Shown here piece after piece: positions 8,941-16,849 of a DNA stretch of 32,135 nt. Made by a program: the position numbers and the translations under genes. The stretch comes from Candidatus Woesearchaeota archaeon. Lineage in GTDB: Archaea; Nanobdellota; Nanobdellia; Woesearchaeales; 21-14-0-10-32-9. The notes under the pieces are model-generated. The model saw only the letters and a program-made list of their open reading frames with translations. It searched no databases and was not told the DNA's origin. The number at the start of each line of letters is the position of its first letter. Position 1 is the stretch's first letter. Where the stretch lies: positions 1 through 32,135 of the forward strand of contig PWLK01000081.1 of assembly GCA_003560545.1 (NCBI GenBank). The letters run 5' to 3'.

Positions 8941-9621
8941 CCCTTCAAGCATAGCAATCATTTCCTTGTACGGATTCTTAGCCTTAACAACACCTGAAGC
9001 CACCAACACTCCTTTAGCCCCAAGCCTCACAGAGTCTTGAACGTCTTTCGTTGTATGAATACCTGCACCGCAAAGAACAGGAATCCTTGATACACGGAGA
9101 ACGCTTTTCACGCTTTTCTCAACTACTTCCGGGCTGGCCTGGCTAACCGAAACATTACCACCGATTAATTCGGGTGGCTCAACGGCAACCATGTGAGGAT
9201 GGTAAGAAGCAACTTTGGCAGCCTTCGTGTTATTAGTAGCACAGCAAACCGTTACCAAGCCTAATTCTTTACAACGCCTAATAGCCTCGGAAAGAACGTT
9301 ATCAGAAAGCTTTTTCTCTGAATGATTAAGCAGCGTTCCTTTCGCCCCGGCATCCTTGAGTGCTTCTGGGGAAACACTGCCTGTATGCGCGCCTTGAGGC
9401 TCAGGGTCAGCGTGTTGTGCGAGTACGGGTATGCTTACTTTGCCTGCAACCATTCTTAGGTCTGTTGGCTGTACGGCTATCATGACTTGCTTACCTGTTT
9501 TCTTAGAAGCTTTTTCTGCTAGCAAGGCAAGCTTTAAAGCGTTCTTACCAGTGCTTTCCTTGTACGTCTTAAAATTAATGATGAGCACCGGTGTTTTCAA
9601 GGGCTTGTAAGGCATGCTCAT
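8932..9621 (-). CDS. tpiA: Triosephosphate isomerase, archaeal type
   Basis: INFKTY, LLNHSE, VEPPELIGG, GAGI, GVLVASG. Confidence 0.97.
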   Translation of the reverse strand: MSMPYKPLKTPVLIINFKTYKESTGKNALKLALLAEKASKKTGKQVMIAVQPTDLRMVAGKVSIPVLAQHADPEPQGAHTGSVSPEALKDAGAKGTLLNHSEKKLSDNVLSEAIRRCKELGLVTVCCATNNTKAAKVASYHPHMVAVEPPELIGGNVSVSQASPEVVEKSVKSVLRVSRIPVLCGAGIHTTKDVQDSVRLGAKGVLVASGVVKAKNPYKEMIAMLEGLV

Positions 9622-9639
9622 AGAATCGTTGGACGGGTT

Positions 9640-10416
9640 TTATATAGTTTTGGATTTCCTTGTAATCTTGTAGATGAAATATACTGCTAGTATCGTGAAA
9701 CCAAGTGACAGGTATTGCCCTGTACTGATACCTAGGAGTATGGCTTCGCCCGTAGGGTCTCTTAGGAAGTCAAGGAAGAACCTTGTTGAGTTGTACAATA
9801 ATACGAAGTACCAGAATAAAAGACCTTCTTTTAATTTCCAGGTCTTGCTAACAAAGTATAATACTCCTGTAAGGAAGAAGTCTTTTGCAGCAGCGTACAA
9901 CTGGTAGGGATGCCTGCACCCGTCGAAGCCGGGGAAGACAACGCACCAAGGAGCATCGCTCCTCGTACCTGGGAGTTCGCCGTTGATAAAATTAGCTATC
10001 CTTCCAAGTGCTAGGAAGAAAAAAGCAGGCAGAGCCATCAGGTCTGCCAGGGAGTAAAACCTTACGTTGTATCTCTTGGAAAAAAGATGTATTGCTATCA
10101 TCGCTCCGATTAGGCCTCCGTGGAAAGACATGCCGCCGTGCCAGACCATGAATAATTCTAAAGGATTTGCGAGGAAGGCGCCTGGAGAGTAAAATATGAA
10201 TGTAAATATTCTCGCGCCTAGGATAACGCCTAATAATAAGTATATCATGAACACATCTAACTTGTCCTTGTCCATGCCTTTCACGCGGTGTTTCTTGACT
10301 TGGTGGGACATGAAGAAGTATATGAATAAAAAACCGAGGAAGTAGACTAACCCGTAATACCTTACCTGGAGGAAGCCTAAGTCCAATAAAACCGGGTTTA
10401 TATCGTGTATAAACAA
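9640..10416 (-). CDS. lgt: Prolipoprotein diacylglyceryl transferase
   Basis: INPV...RYYG, GARI, WHGGMSFHGG, GRIANFINGE, RHPYQLY, RFFLDFLR, STGQYLS; multiple TM helices. Confidence 0.93.
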   Translation of the reverse strand: MFIHDINPVLLDLGFLQVRYYGLVYFLGFLFIYFFMSHQVKKHRVKGMDKDKLDVFMIYLLLGVILGARIFTFIFYSPGAFLANPLELFMVWHGGMSFHGGLIGAMIAIHLFSKRYNVRFYSLADLMALPAFFFLALGRIANFINGELPGTRSDAPWCVVFPGFDGCRHPYQLYAAAKDFFLTGVLYFVSKTWKLKEGLLFWYFVLLYNSTRFFLDFLRDPTGEAILLGISTGQYLSLGFTILAVYFIYKITRKSKTI

Positions 10417-10432
10417 TTTGTAGTCCTCGTGT

Positions 10433-10744
10433 TCATAGCTGGAAAGTATCAGTTATTTTTTGCTTGAACTGGTCTTTGGGGAGAGCTCCCACGATCCTTC
10501 CCAGTTCTTCTCCGTCTTTGTACATGATGAGAGTTGGTATTCCGCGCACGCCTGCTGTAGCCGCTACTTCTCCGTGCTCGTCAACGTTGAGCTTGGCGAA
10601 AGTCACGCTTTCCATTTCCTTGCTCAACTCCTCGAATACAGGAGCTATCATCTTGCAAGGCGCGCACCACTCAGCCCAGAAATCCACTATTACGTTGCCT
10701 TTCGATATTACGTCTTTAAAGTTCTCTGTTGTTACTTCCTGCAT
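10433..10744 (-). CDS. trxA: Thioredoxin
   Basis: VDFWAEWCAPCK active site and GIPT cis-Pro loop. Confidence 0.95.
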   Translation of the reverse strand: MQEVTTENFKDVISKGNVIVDFWAEWCAPCKMIAPVFEELSKEMESVTFAKLNVDEHGEVAATAGVRGIPTLIMYKDGEELGRIVGALPKDQFKQKITDTFQL

Positions 10745-10783
10745 TTTAATACCACCCAGAGGACTTGTAACTGCAGGTTATTT

Positions 10784-10975
10784 TTATAAGTTGCCTTTTT
10801 TTCTTGAAAGAACGTTTTGGTTGTCAGTCAAAACTTCTTTTACTCCTTCTTCTTTATTCAAATCTGAGAACCTGAAGAGAAGCGAGCATTGCTCGCAGTG
10901 ATACCTGTACTTGTAGTTTCCTTTAACATCAGAACTGCACACAGGGCAACCGGAACCAATAATTTTTACGTACAT
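10784..10975 (-). CDS. Small zinc-ribbon protein (63 aa)
   Basis: Likely start is ATG 10975 (MYVKIIG). CPVC...CEQC. The longer track ORF would extend through the promoter spacer. Confidence 0.6.
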   Translation of the reverse strand: MYVKIIGSGCPVCSSDVKGNYKYRYHCEQCSLLFRFSDLNKEEGVKEVLTDNQNVLSRKKGNL

Positions 10976-11130
10976 ATCAAGGAAAAGGTAGTATTGATAT
11001 GTTTTTATGGTTTGCTGAAATAAAAAGAATTTGTTAGGGAACCATAAGCTTTTTAAACACCTCGTTATTTCTCGGAGCGGGTTTAGAGGTTCTAGCACAG
11101 ACCATAAAATCAAGAAAGGTGTTTATGTAA

Positions 11131-11556
11131 ATGAAAGATGTTGATCATGGATTAGTCGTGGAAAAGCTCGCGGAGAAGCTTGAAGGGACTGTTAAGGCTC
11201 CTGAATGGGCTGGTTATGTAAAGACAGGACATGGAAAGCAAAGGCCTCCTATCAGGAATGACTGGTGGAACGTCCGGTCTGCAGCGGTCTTGCTAAGCAT
11301 TCAAAAGCTGGGACCTGTAGGTGTTTCAAAGCTAAGCGTTAAGTATGGTACAAAGAAAGACATGGGTGTAAGGCCTGAGAAGGCAACGCCTGGATCAAGG
11401 AGTGTTCTGAGGAAGATATTGCAACAGTTAGAAGCCGGCAAGCTTGTAAAGCAAGCAGAGAAAGGCAATCATAAAGGCAGAATTGTCACAAATGACGGTA
11501 TAAAGCTTATATCAGAGGCTTCCAGGGAAGCAAAGAAAAGCGCTGGGGGTAAATGA
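11131..11556 (+). CDS. rps19e: 30S ribosomal protein S19e
   Basis: PEWAGYVKTG, DWWNVRSAAVL, GPVGVSKL, RKILQQLE. Confidence 0.96.
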   Translation: MKDVDHGLVVEKLAEKLEGTVKAPEWAGYVKTGHGKQRPPIRNDWWNVRSAAVLLSIQKLGPVGVSKLSVKYGTKKDMGVRPEKATPGSRSVLRKILQQLEAGKLVKQAEKGNHKGRIVTNDGIKLISEASREAKKSAGGK

Positions 11557-11558
11557 AA

Positions 11559-11732
11559 ATGTCGAGATTCATAAACATAGCGAAAAAGCTAAGGCTTATC
11601 AAGAAGTCAAGGCAGAACAGATGGGCTCCGTTTTGGACCGTGCCAAAAATATATGGGACTGGCAGGAGAATGCATCCTGGAAGGCATACAACAGTGAAAA
11701 GGAACTGGAGAAGGAATAAGACCAAGGTATGA
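11559..11732 (+). CDS. rpl39e: 50S ribosomal protein L39e (below the ORF-track length cutoff)
   Basis: Manual translation MSRFINIAKKLRLIKKSRQNRWAPFWTVPKIYGTGRRMHPGRHTTVKRNWRRNKTKV, with QNR..P.W and R.WRR motifs, in the usual position before rpl31e. Alternative ATG at 11553. Confidence 0.92.
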   Translation: MSRFINIAKKLRLIKKSRQNRWAPFWTVPKIYGTGRRMHPGRHTTVKRNWRRNKTKV

Positions 11733-11739
11733 AGGTGGC

Positions 11740-12237
11740 ATGGAAATGAGCGAGGAAAGAACTTATACGATTCCGTTAAGAAAAGATTTTATCAAAGTCC
11801 CAAGGTATTACAGGGCTAAACGAGCTGTCAACCAGGTAAAAGGCTATATTTCGAAGCACATGAAGGTTGAAAACGTGAAAATAGGCAGGATTCTGAACGA
11901 AGAAATATGGGCTGATGGAATAAGAAACCCTCCTGGGAAAGTCACGGTTAAAGCAATCAAAGACGGGAACACCGCGAAAGTAGAGCTTGAAGGTCATGCT
12001 TACAAAGTAGAAAAAGTGCAGACGGAGAAAACAGAACAGCCTTCAACCCTGAAAGATAAGCTGGCAGCAAAGATGGGCGCTGACAAGGAAGAACCCGCTG
12101 AGGAAAAAGAAGAAGGAAAAAAGGCGGAAGAGAAGCCTGAGGAAGCGCCTAAACAGGAAGAAAAAGAAGGAAAACCTGAAAGCAAGCCAGCTGCGAAGAA
12201 AAAATCTGTGAAGAAGGCCACGGCTAAAAAAGAATAA
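11740..12237 (+). CDS. rpl31e: 50S ribosomal protein L31e with a charged C-terminal extension
   Basis: ERTYTIPLR, RAKRAV, LNEEIWADGIRNPP. Confidence 0.95.
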   Translation: MEMSEERTYTIPLRKDFIKVPRYYRAKRAVNQVKGYISKHMKVENVKIGRILNEEIWADGIRNPPGKVTVKAIKDGNTAKVELEGHAYKVEKVQTEKTEQPSTLKDKLAAKMGADKEEPAEEKEEGKKAEEKPEEAPKQEEKEGKPESKPAAKKKSVKKATAKKE

Positions 12238-12255
12238 AAAAAACGTGTTTCTCTT

Positions 12256-12561
12256 CTATAATTGGGCTTCAAGTTTCTTAAGAGAACTGTCCAGTGCTAC
12301 GAACAAGTTTCTTTCAACAGCCTCAGAGGTCTTGGTCTTGCCTTCGTGGACGAGTTTTGCGTGGACTTCGTATTTCTCGGAGGCCTCAGTCTTATGCACT
12401 TTCTTTAGGTGCACGCTAAGAGTTTCATAGCCTTCGATGTTATCTGAGAATTTCCTTGCATAACTGCCAACGATTTTCTTAACAACAACCATTTCCCCCG
12501 GGCTTATTTCTTTGAAGCCTGACAACTGTATGCTGCCGCCAAGTTCTTGTGTGTCATCCAT
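12256..12561 (-). CDS. HPF/RaiA-like fold protein (candidate ribosome hibernation factor)
   Basis: 101 aa with an apparent beta-alpha-beta-beta-beta-alpha pattern. The C-terminal NLFVALDSSLKKLEAQL resembles the HPF helix DLYAAIDxxxxKLERQL. Confidence 0.6.
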   Translation of the reverse strand: MDDTQELGGSIQLSGFKEISPGEMVVVKKIVGSYARKFSDNIEGYETLSVHLKKVHKTEASEKYEVHAKLVHEGKTKTSEAVERNLFVALDSSLKKLEAQL

Positions 12562-12734
12562 TTTGCCAGTAAAAATACATATAATATCATATTAAGGCAT
12601 GAACTGAATTTAAATATTTTATGGGTTTAACAAAGCAAGATTTATAAATAAAAGGGTGCTCCTTAATAGTGGTTGATGTGGCGAGTTGCTTCGCTGAAAA
12701 CCCCAAAAAAAGATTATAATGGAGGCAGAACATA

Positions 12735-13304
12735 ATGGGATACCTAAAATACTTTAAAGAAACCTGGAAGAAACAAGGAAAAGAATTCTCAGACGCGATG
12801 GCTGAAAAACTCATAAAGTGGAGGAAAGAGCCATCAATGGTAAAAGTAGAAAGACCGACAAGGATTGACAGGGCGAGAAGCCTGGGCTACAAGGCAAAAC
12901 CCGGATTCGTAGTTGTAAGACATAAAATGACTAGAGGAGGAAAACAAAGGCCTTCCATAAAAGGAGGCAGAAGGACTAAGACGTCAAGGCAATGGCTTGT
13001 TCTGGAAAAGAATTACCAGCAACTCTCAGAAGAAAGAGTGAACAAGAAACACCCTAACTGCGAAGTCCTCGGAAGCTACTTCATAGCAGATGACGGAAAA
13101 AGCATATGGCACGAAGTCATACTGATAGACAGGGATAACCCCAATGTTTACATGAACAAAAACACGTCTTGGGCGAGAGACACAAAAGGAAAAGCTCACA
13201 GGGGACTGACAAGCGCTGCCAGGAAATCAAGAGGCCTCAGAAAGAAAGGAATGGGAAGCGAGAAAACAAGGCCTAGCCTGAAAACCAACAAAGGACGACA
13301 CTAA
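12735..13304 (+). CDS. rpl15e: 50S ribosomal protein L15e
   Basis: RPTRIDRARSLGYKAKPG, EVLGSY, RGLTSA. Confidence 0.97.
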   Translation: MGYLKYFKETWKKQGKEFSDAMAEKLIKWRKEPSMVKVERPTRIDRARSLGYKAKPGFVVVRHKMTRGGKQRPSIKGGRRTKTSRQWLVLEKNYQQLSEERVNKKHPNCEVLGSYFIADDGKSIWHEVILIDRDNPNVYMNKNTSWARDTKGKAHRGLTSAARKSRGLRKKGMGSEKTRPSLKTNKGRH

Positions 13305-13323
13305 AAAAAACAATTTTTTTTTA

Positions 13324-13464
13324 TTAGTTTTCCTCGGAATACTGCTGCTGTTCCAAGAAATCATTGTACTCCTCTTCAGGCAAAGACACTATCTCCCTGA
13401 AAACAGTTACCCTGGCACCGCAGTTCAACTTCCGACTAATCCTCTCAACCCTGATATCATGCAT
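13324..13464 (-). CDS. Small hypothetical protein (46 aa)
   Basis: ATG at 13464 follows a G-rich RBS-like GGGGGTTGG and an upstream TTTAAA. Fills the gap downstream of DUF655. Confidence 0.4.
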   Translation of the reverse strand: MHDIRVERISRKLNCGARVTVFREIVSLPEEEYNDFLEQQQYSEEN

Positions 13465-13528
13465 TACAACCAACCCCCAACCGTTAAAAGAAAATATACA
13501 GATGTTTAAATGTTTTAATGAAGAAAAA

Positions 13529-14119
13529 TCACCTGCCAACAAACAAGTAATGCTTCTCCTTACCGCTTATCTCCTCAAGAATTCTCTTCGCAACAATTTT
13601 TTCAGGGCTGGAAATAAGCTTAACCCTCTTCTTAATATCCTCAAACGACTTAAAAGACTCCTCTTTTCTTTGCTCAACTATCTCAAGCATGTGCTTCTTG
13701 CCAACACCAGGCAAGAGCTCTATTATATGCATCCTAGTATTCAAAGGCTGCGCTGTATTGAAAAAACTAACAAACCGTTCTTCCTGGGATTTAACAAGGG
13801 AAAGGATTGCGTGCTCTAACTCAGACTTAGCAGTGCTTGTAAGCTTCTCAAAATGAATCCTGCCATTAATATGATGGATTTTATCCCTCTTAGATTCTCC
13901 TATGTACACTTGCTCTAAAGGCTGAAGAAAAACTCCTTTCTTCGGAACGACTTCTAATAATACAAAGCTATTCATGCCCAGTGCCTGAGCAACAGGCTTC
14001 TTCATATGAGACGGGGAAGGATCTGAAGCATAGCCGTGAACCAAGAAATCAAGGACTATAGCTTTGTCTTCTTTTTTTCTTTGCATCATAACGAAAAACC
14101 CCCTAAAACCATTAAACAA
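13529..14119 (-). CDS. DUF655 family putative RNA-binding protein
   Basis: VLDFL..G, AQALG, FFNTAQP, RMH..ELLPGVGKK HhH motif; usual position after rpoF. True start is probably the downstream ATG (MMQRKK). Confidence 0.9.
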   Translation of the reverse strand: MFNGFRGFFVMMQRKKEDKAIVLDFLVHGYASDPSPSHMKKPVAQALGMNSFVLLEVVPKKGVFLQPLEQVYIGESKRDKIHHINGRIHFEKLTSTAKSELEHAILSLVKSQEERFVSFFNTAQPLNTRMHIIELLPGVGKKHMLEIVEQRKEESFKSFEDIKKRVKLISSPEKIVAKRILEEISGKEKHYLFVGR

Positions 14120-14172
14120 GCAACACAGGACTTTATAAATTTTGTGAAAAAACCATAGAGAAAAAGATTTTT

Positions 14173-14520
14173 TTATTTCTTGTACTCCTTAACAGCCTTA
14201 ACAATGCTCGCCATGTTATCCTTGCTAACAGTTAAAGCATACCCTTGGAGTATAACACTTAAATCCTCAACAGAAGATGGCAGCAAGTCAACAATCTTAG
14301 AAATGTGCTCTTCTTTAAGCCTTGGAATATTTAACTCCTCTAATTTCTTCTTAAGCTCAGCACACGCAGTCTTAGAAAGAGGGGAAAACGAATTTACGTA
14401 CTCCTGTGTCTTGCCAGCCCTAAAGCTCATCTCTTCATCCCTCTTGCTAATCTTGCTAAGCTCTGCTTTTAACTCTGACAATGTAAGCGGCTTTTTATCA
14501 ACAACCTCAATCCTTGACAT
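14173..14520 (-). CDS. rpoF: RNA polymerase subunit F (Rpo4)
   Basis: Lies between rpl21e and DUF655; KIVDLLP.S.EDL HRDC-like motif. Confidence 0.85.
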   Translation of the reverse strand: MSRIEVVDKKPLTLSELKAELSKISKRDEEMSFRAGKTQEYVNSFSPLSKTACAELKKKLEELNIPRLKEEHISKIVDLLPSSVEDLSVILQGYALTVSKDNMASIVKAVKEYKK

Positions 14521-14536
14521 GGCATTAACACCTTCC

Positions 14537-14824
14537 CTAAACTTTTTTCAAATGAACGGGGTGGACTATCACTCTCTTCTCCTTCCCCATATCCCTAACT
14601 TTGACTTCATAACAAGAACCTTTCCTTGAACTTACAATGCCTGTCATCCCTATAAACCTGGGATCGTACAATCCTTCGTGTACGGCGGGCTCAACACCTA
14701 AAGAAACCCTGTCACCCTCGCTGAACTCTGTCAGGTACCTCTTAGCACTAATCTTGCCTTTCCTCTTCGCAGGCTTAGTAAAAACGGATGATGTCTTCCT
14801 CCTGGTTCCTCCAATTCTTGCCAT
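14537..14824 (-). CDS. rpl21e: 50S ribosomal protein L21e
   Basis: GTRRKT, F..GDRV, PRFIGMTG, VHPVHLK. Confidence 0.96.
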   Translation of the reverse strand: MARIGGTRRKTSSVFTKPAKRKGKISAKRYLTEFSEGDRVSLGVEPAVHEGLYDPRFIGMTGIVSSRKGSCYEVKVRDMGKEKRVIVHPVHLKKV

Positions 14825-14838
14825 TTTACACCTTCACA

Positions 14839-15564
14839 TCATTTCTTAACAGGCTTAGCTTCCGTTGTAGCAGCTTGCTTCGGAGCCAGCTTATTAATAA
14901 TATCTTCAGGAATCCCTTCTGCTTCCATGGCCTTCCTGGCCTGCTCAGGTTTTCCCTCATTCTCTTTCAATATGCCCTGAGCAGTCTTTTCAAGCTGAGC
15001 CCTCTTAGCTTCAAGCTCAGCCTGCATCTTCTTCTTCTCCTCATCAAGCTCTTTCTGCTCTTCAGCCGTAATCTCAGTTTTCTCCTGTTTGATCTCCTTG
15101 TCAAATTTTCCTTGGTTAACCATATCAATAGCTTCAGAAGCAGTGACTTCTTCCACTTTAACACCGATGGACCTGCAAGTCCCAATAACCTCTTTAACTT
15201 TTTCCTTCAAGGTCTTCCCGCTAAGGGAATCCTCTTTCATCTTTGCAATCTTAATAATCTGCTCTATCTTCAAATCCGCAACAAAATCTTCCTGGGGCTT
15301 ACCTGAACCCTTATCAACACCTGCTTCTTTCTTTACAAGAGCAGAAGCGGGCGGCGTTCCAATAGTAATACTGTAATCCTTGGTATCAGAATCAACTGTT
15401 ACCTTAACAGGCACTTGCATGCCCTTAAAACTAGCGGTTTTCTTGTTAATATCCGCAACCACTTGTCCTATGTTAACCCCTAGAGGTCCTAGAGCTGGCC
15501 CTAACGGGGGCGCCGCTGTGGCTTTCCCGCCTTCCACCAAAACATCTATTGCTGTTGAAGCCAT
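14839..15564 (-). CDS. rpl11: 50S ribosomal protein L11 (uL11) with a long C-terminal extension
   Basis: GGKATAAPPLGPALGPLG, VPVKV, GTPPAS, GTCRSIGV. Confidence 0.96.
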   Translation of the reverse strand: MASTAIDVLVEGGKATAAPPLGPALGPLGVNIGQVVADINKKTASFKGMQVPVKVTVDSDTKDYSITIGTPPASALVKKEAGVDKGSGKPQEDFVADLKIEQIIKIAKMKEDSLSGKTLKEKVKEVIGTCRSIGVKVEEVTASEAIDMVNQGKFDKEIKQEKTEITAEEQKELDEEKKKMQAELEAKRAQLEKTAQGILKENEGKPEQARKAMEAEGIPEDIINKLAPKQAATTEAKPVKK

Positions 15565-15652
15565 TTTTTATCCTCTTAACAAACCCCGTGGAATAAGCGT
15601 TTATTTATAAAGCTTTCTCAAGAGAAAACTTTTTATTTAAACAACACAATTT

Positions 15653-15961
15653 TTATCGCTCAGAATCCCTTGTTATGTACCCGCCTGCTAAGAAAGCCAC
15701 GCCTAGAACAATTACAAGGAAACCCATATACAAGTTGGACCTGGCATTACTACACACCATTCCAAGATGCAAAGCCTCTATGTACGCCGTGTGTTCCTCT
15801 GTAACAGTTTCTCCAAGAGCGGGAAACGCATAAGACTTGTTTGTAAAGTCACCATAGTAATCCTGGCAGTAATAATAATCAGAGTACACACCTGAGAAAG
15901 CAGATATTACAATTGTTAAAACAATTATTATACCTCCCGCCCACGAAAAATATTTTTCTAT
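15653..15961 (-). CDS. Hypothetical two-TM protein, probable ATA start (or ATG-to-ATA mutation)
   Basis: The track ORF 15653-15889 extends in frame 24 codons upstream through a hydrophobic helix to ATA at 15961, which follows GGTGAGG. Confidence 0.55.
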   Translation of the reverse strand: MEKYFSWAGGIIIVLTIVISAFSGVYSDYYYCQDYYGDFTNKSYAFPALGETVTEEHTAYIEALHLGMVCSNARSNLYMGFLVIVLGVAFLAGGYITRDSER

Positions 15962-15998
15962 CTTGCCTCACCCAAAAAACCGGTAAAAAAAAGTTTTT

Positions 15999-16577
15999 TT
16001 ATTCATCCCTTCTTATTACCTTAACAGCATCCATTTTAAGAGTTATAGGGATTGGCACTGCTGCTTCTAAGAGCTCAACCACAACTTCTTCCTTGGCCTT
16101 ATCAACCCTTGTAATCTTACACTTTTCTCTCTTGAAAGGACCGCTGATTATTTCTGCAATATCGTTCTTCCTAATATTCACGTCTTTCTTGGCCTGTTCC
16201 AGCATGTGCTCTATTTCCTTGTAAGAAACTTCCTTAGGAAGCAAGCCCCTGGAGTAAGGAACGCCGTAAGATGCTTGTTCTGCGTCAGCCTTAGTATCTG
16301 CTTCTAAGAATATGTACCCTCTCATACCATGAGGCCTTATAACGGAGTAAACATTAACTTTTTTCCTTGTGACATTGCTGGACACGAAGCTCATAACCTG
16401 GTCTTCCCTGTTCGCAGTAACCCTTAACGCGAAAATGCTTGTACTAATATCTGGCTTTCCCGCCTCGTCTTCTTCTTTCTTTGTCTCTTCTTCAGCGGCT
16501 TCCTCGTCCATCTCCTTTATTTTCTGAAGCTCTTCTTCTCCTGGCTTGTTCTTTTTAAGTATGTCTTCATCAACCAT
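15999..16577 (-). CDS. spt5: Transcription elongation factor Spt5
   Basis: NGN domain (RGYIFLEA) and KOW domain (EIISGPFK); acidic N-terminal extension. Confidence 0.95.
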   Translation of the reverse strand: MVDEDILKKNKPGEEELQKIKEMDEEAAEEETKKEEDEAGKPDISTSIFALRVTANREDQVMSFVSSNVTRKKVNVYSVIRPHGMRGYIFLEADTKADAEQASYGVPYSRGLLPKEVSYKEIEHMLEQAKKDVNIRKNDIAEIISGPFKREKCKITRVDKAKEEVVVELLEAAVPIPITLKMDAVKVIRRDE

Positions 16578-16600
16578 TTTTATCCACGTCTAATAAAACA

Positions 16601-16837
16601 TTATTTTTTGAGGAATAGGAAAAACACGATTAAGGCCACAACGACCACTGCAACTATCCATATGCTTGCAAGCTCGTTAACCATGTGCAGCAAAAACCCT
16701 ATAAGGCCTATGAATGCTATGCCTATAGCGGAGACCTTTACAATGGTCTTGTACTCTTCCTTCGTAGGCTTTTTCGTAACCCTCAGAACCCTCCTGGATT
16801 CTGTGACGAAATTCCTGAGCCTTTCTCCGTACCCCAT
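16601..16837 (-). CDS. secE: Protein translocase subunit SecE (Sec61 gamma)
   Basis: RRVLRVTKKPTKEEY, GIAFIGLIGF; located between ftsZ and spt5. Confidence 0.93.
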   Translation of the reverse strand: MGYGERLRNFVTESRRVLRVTKKPTKEEYKTIVKVSAIGIAFIGLIGFLLHMVNELASIWIVAVVVVALIVFFLFLKK

Positions 16838-16849
16838 TCTTAAAACCTT

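Noticed and set aside
10976..11113. N-terminal extension of the zinc-ribbon ORF shown in the track
   Set aside because: It runs through the AT-rich divergent promoter region; ATG 10975 is the more plausible start.
15653..15990. TGA readthrough or alternative genetic code upstream of the ATA-start gene
   Set aside because: TGA terminates clear genes here (rps19e, rpl39e, trxA), and this TGA is part of the SD-like GGTGAGG.
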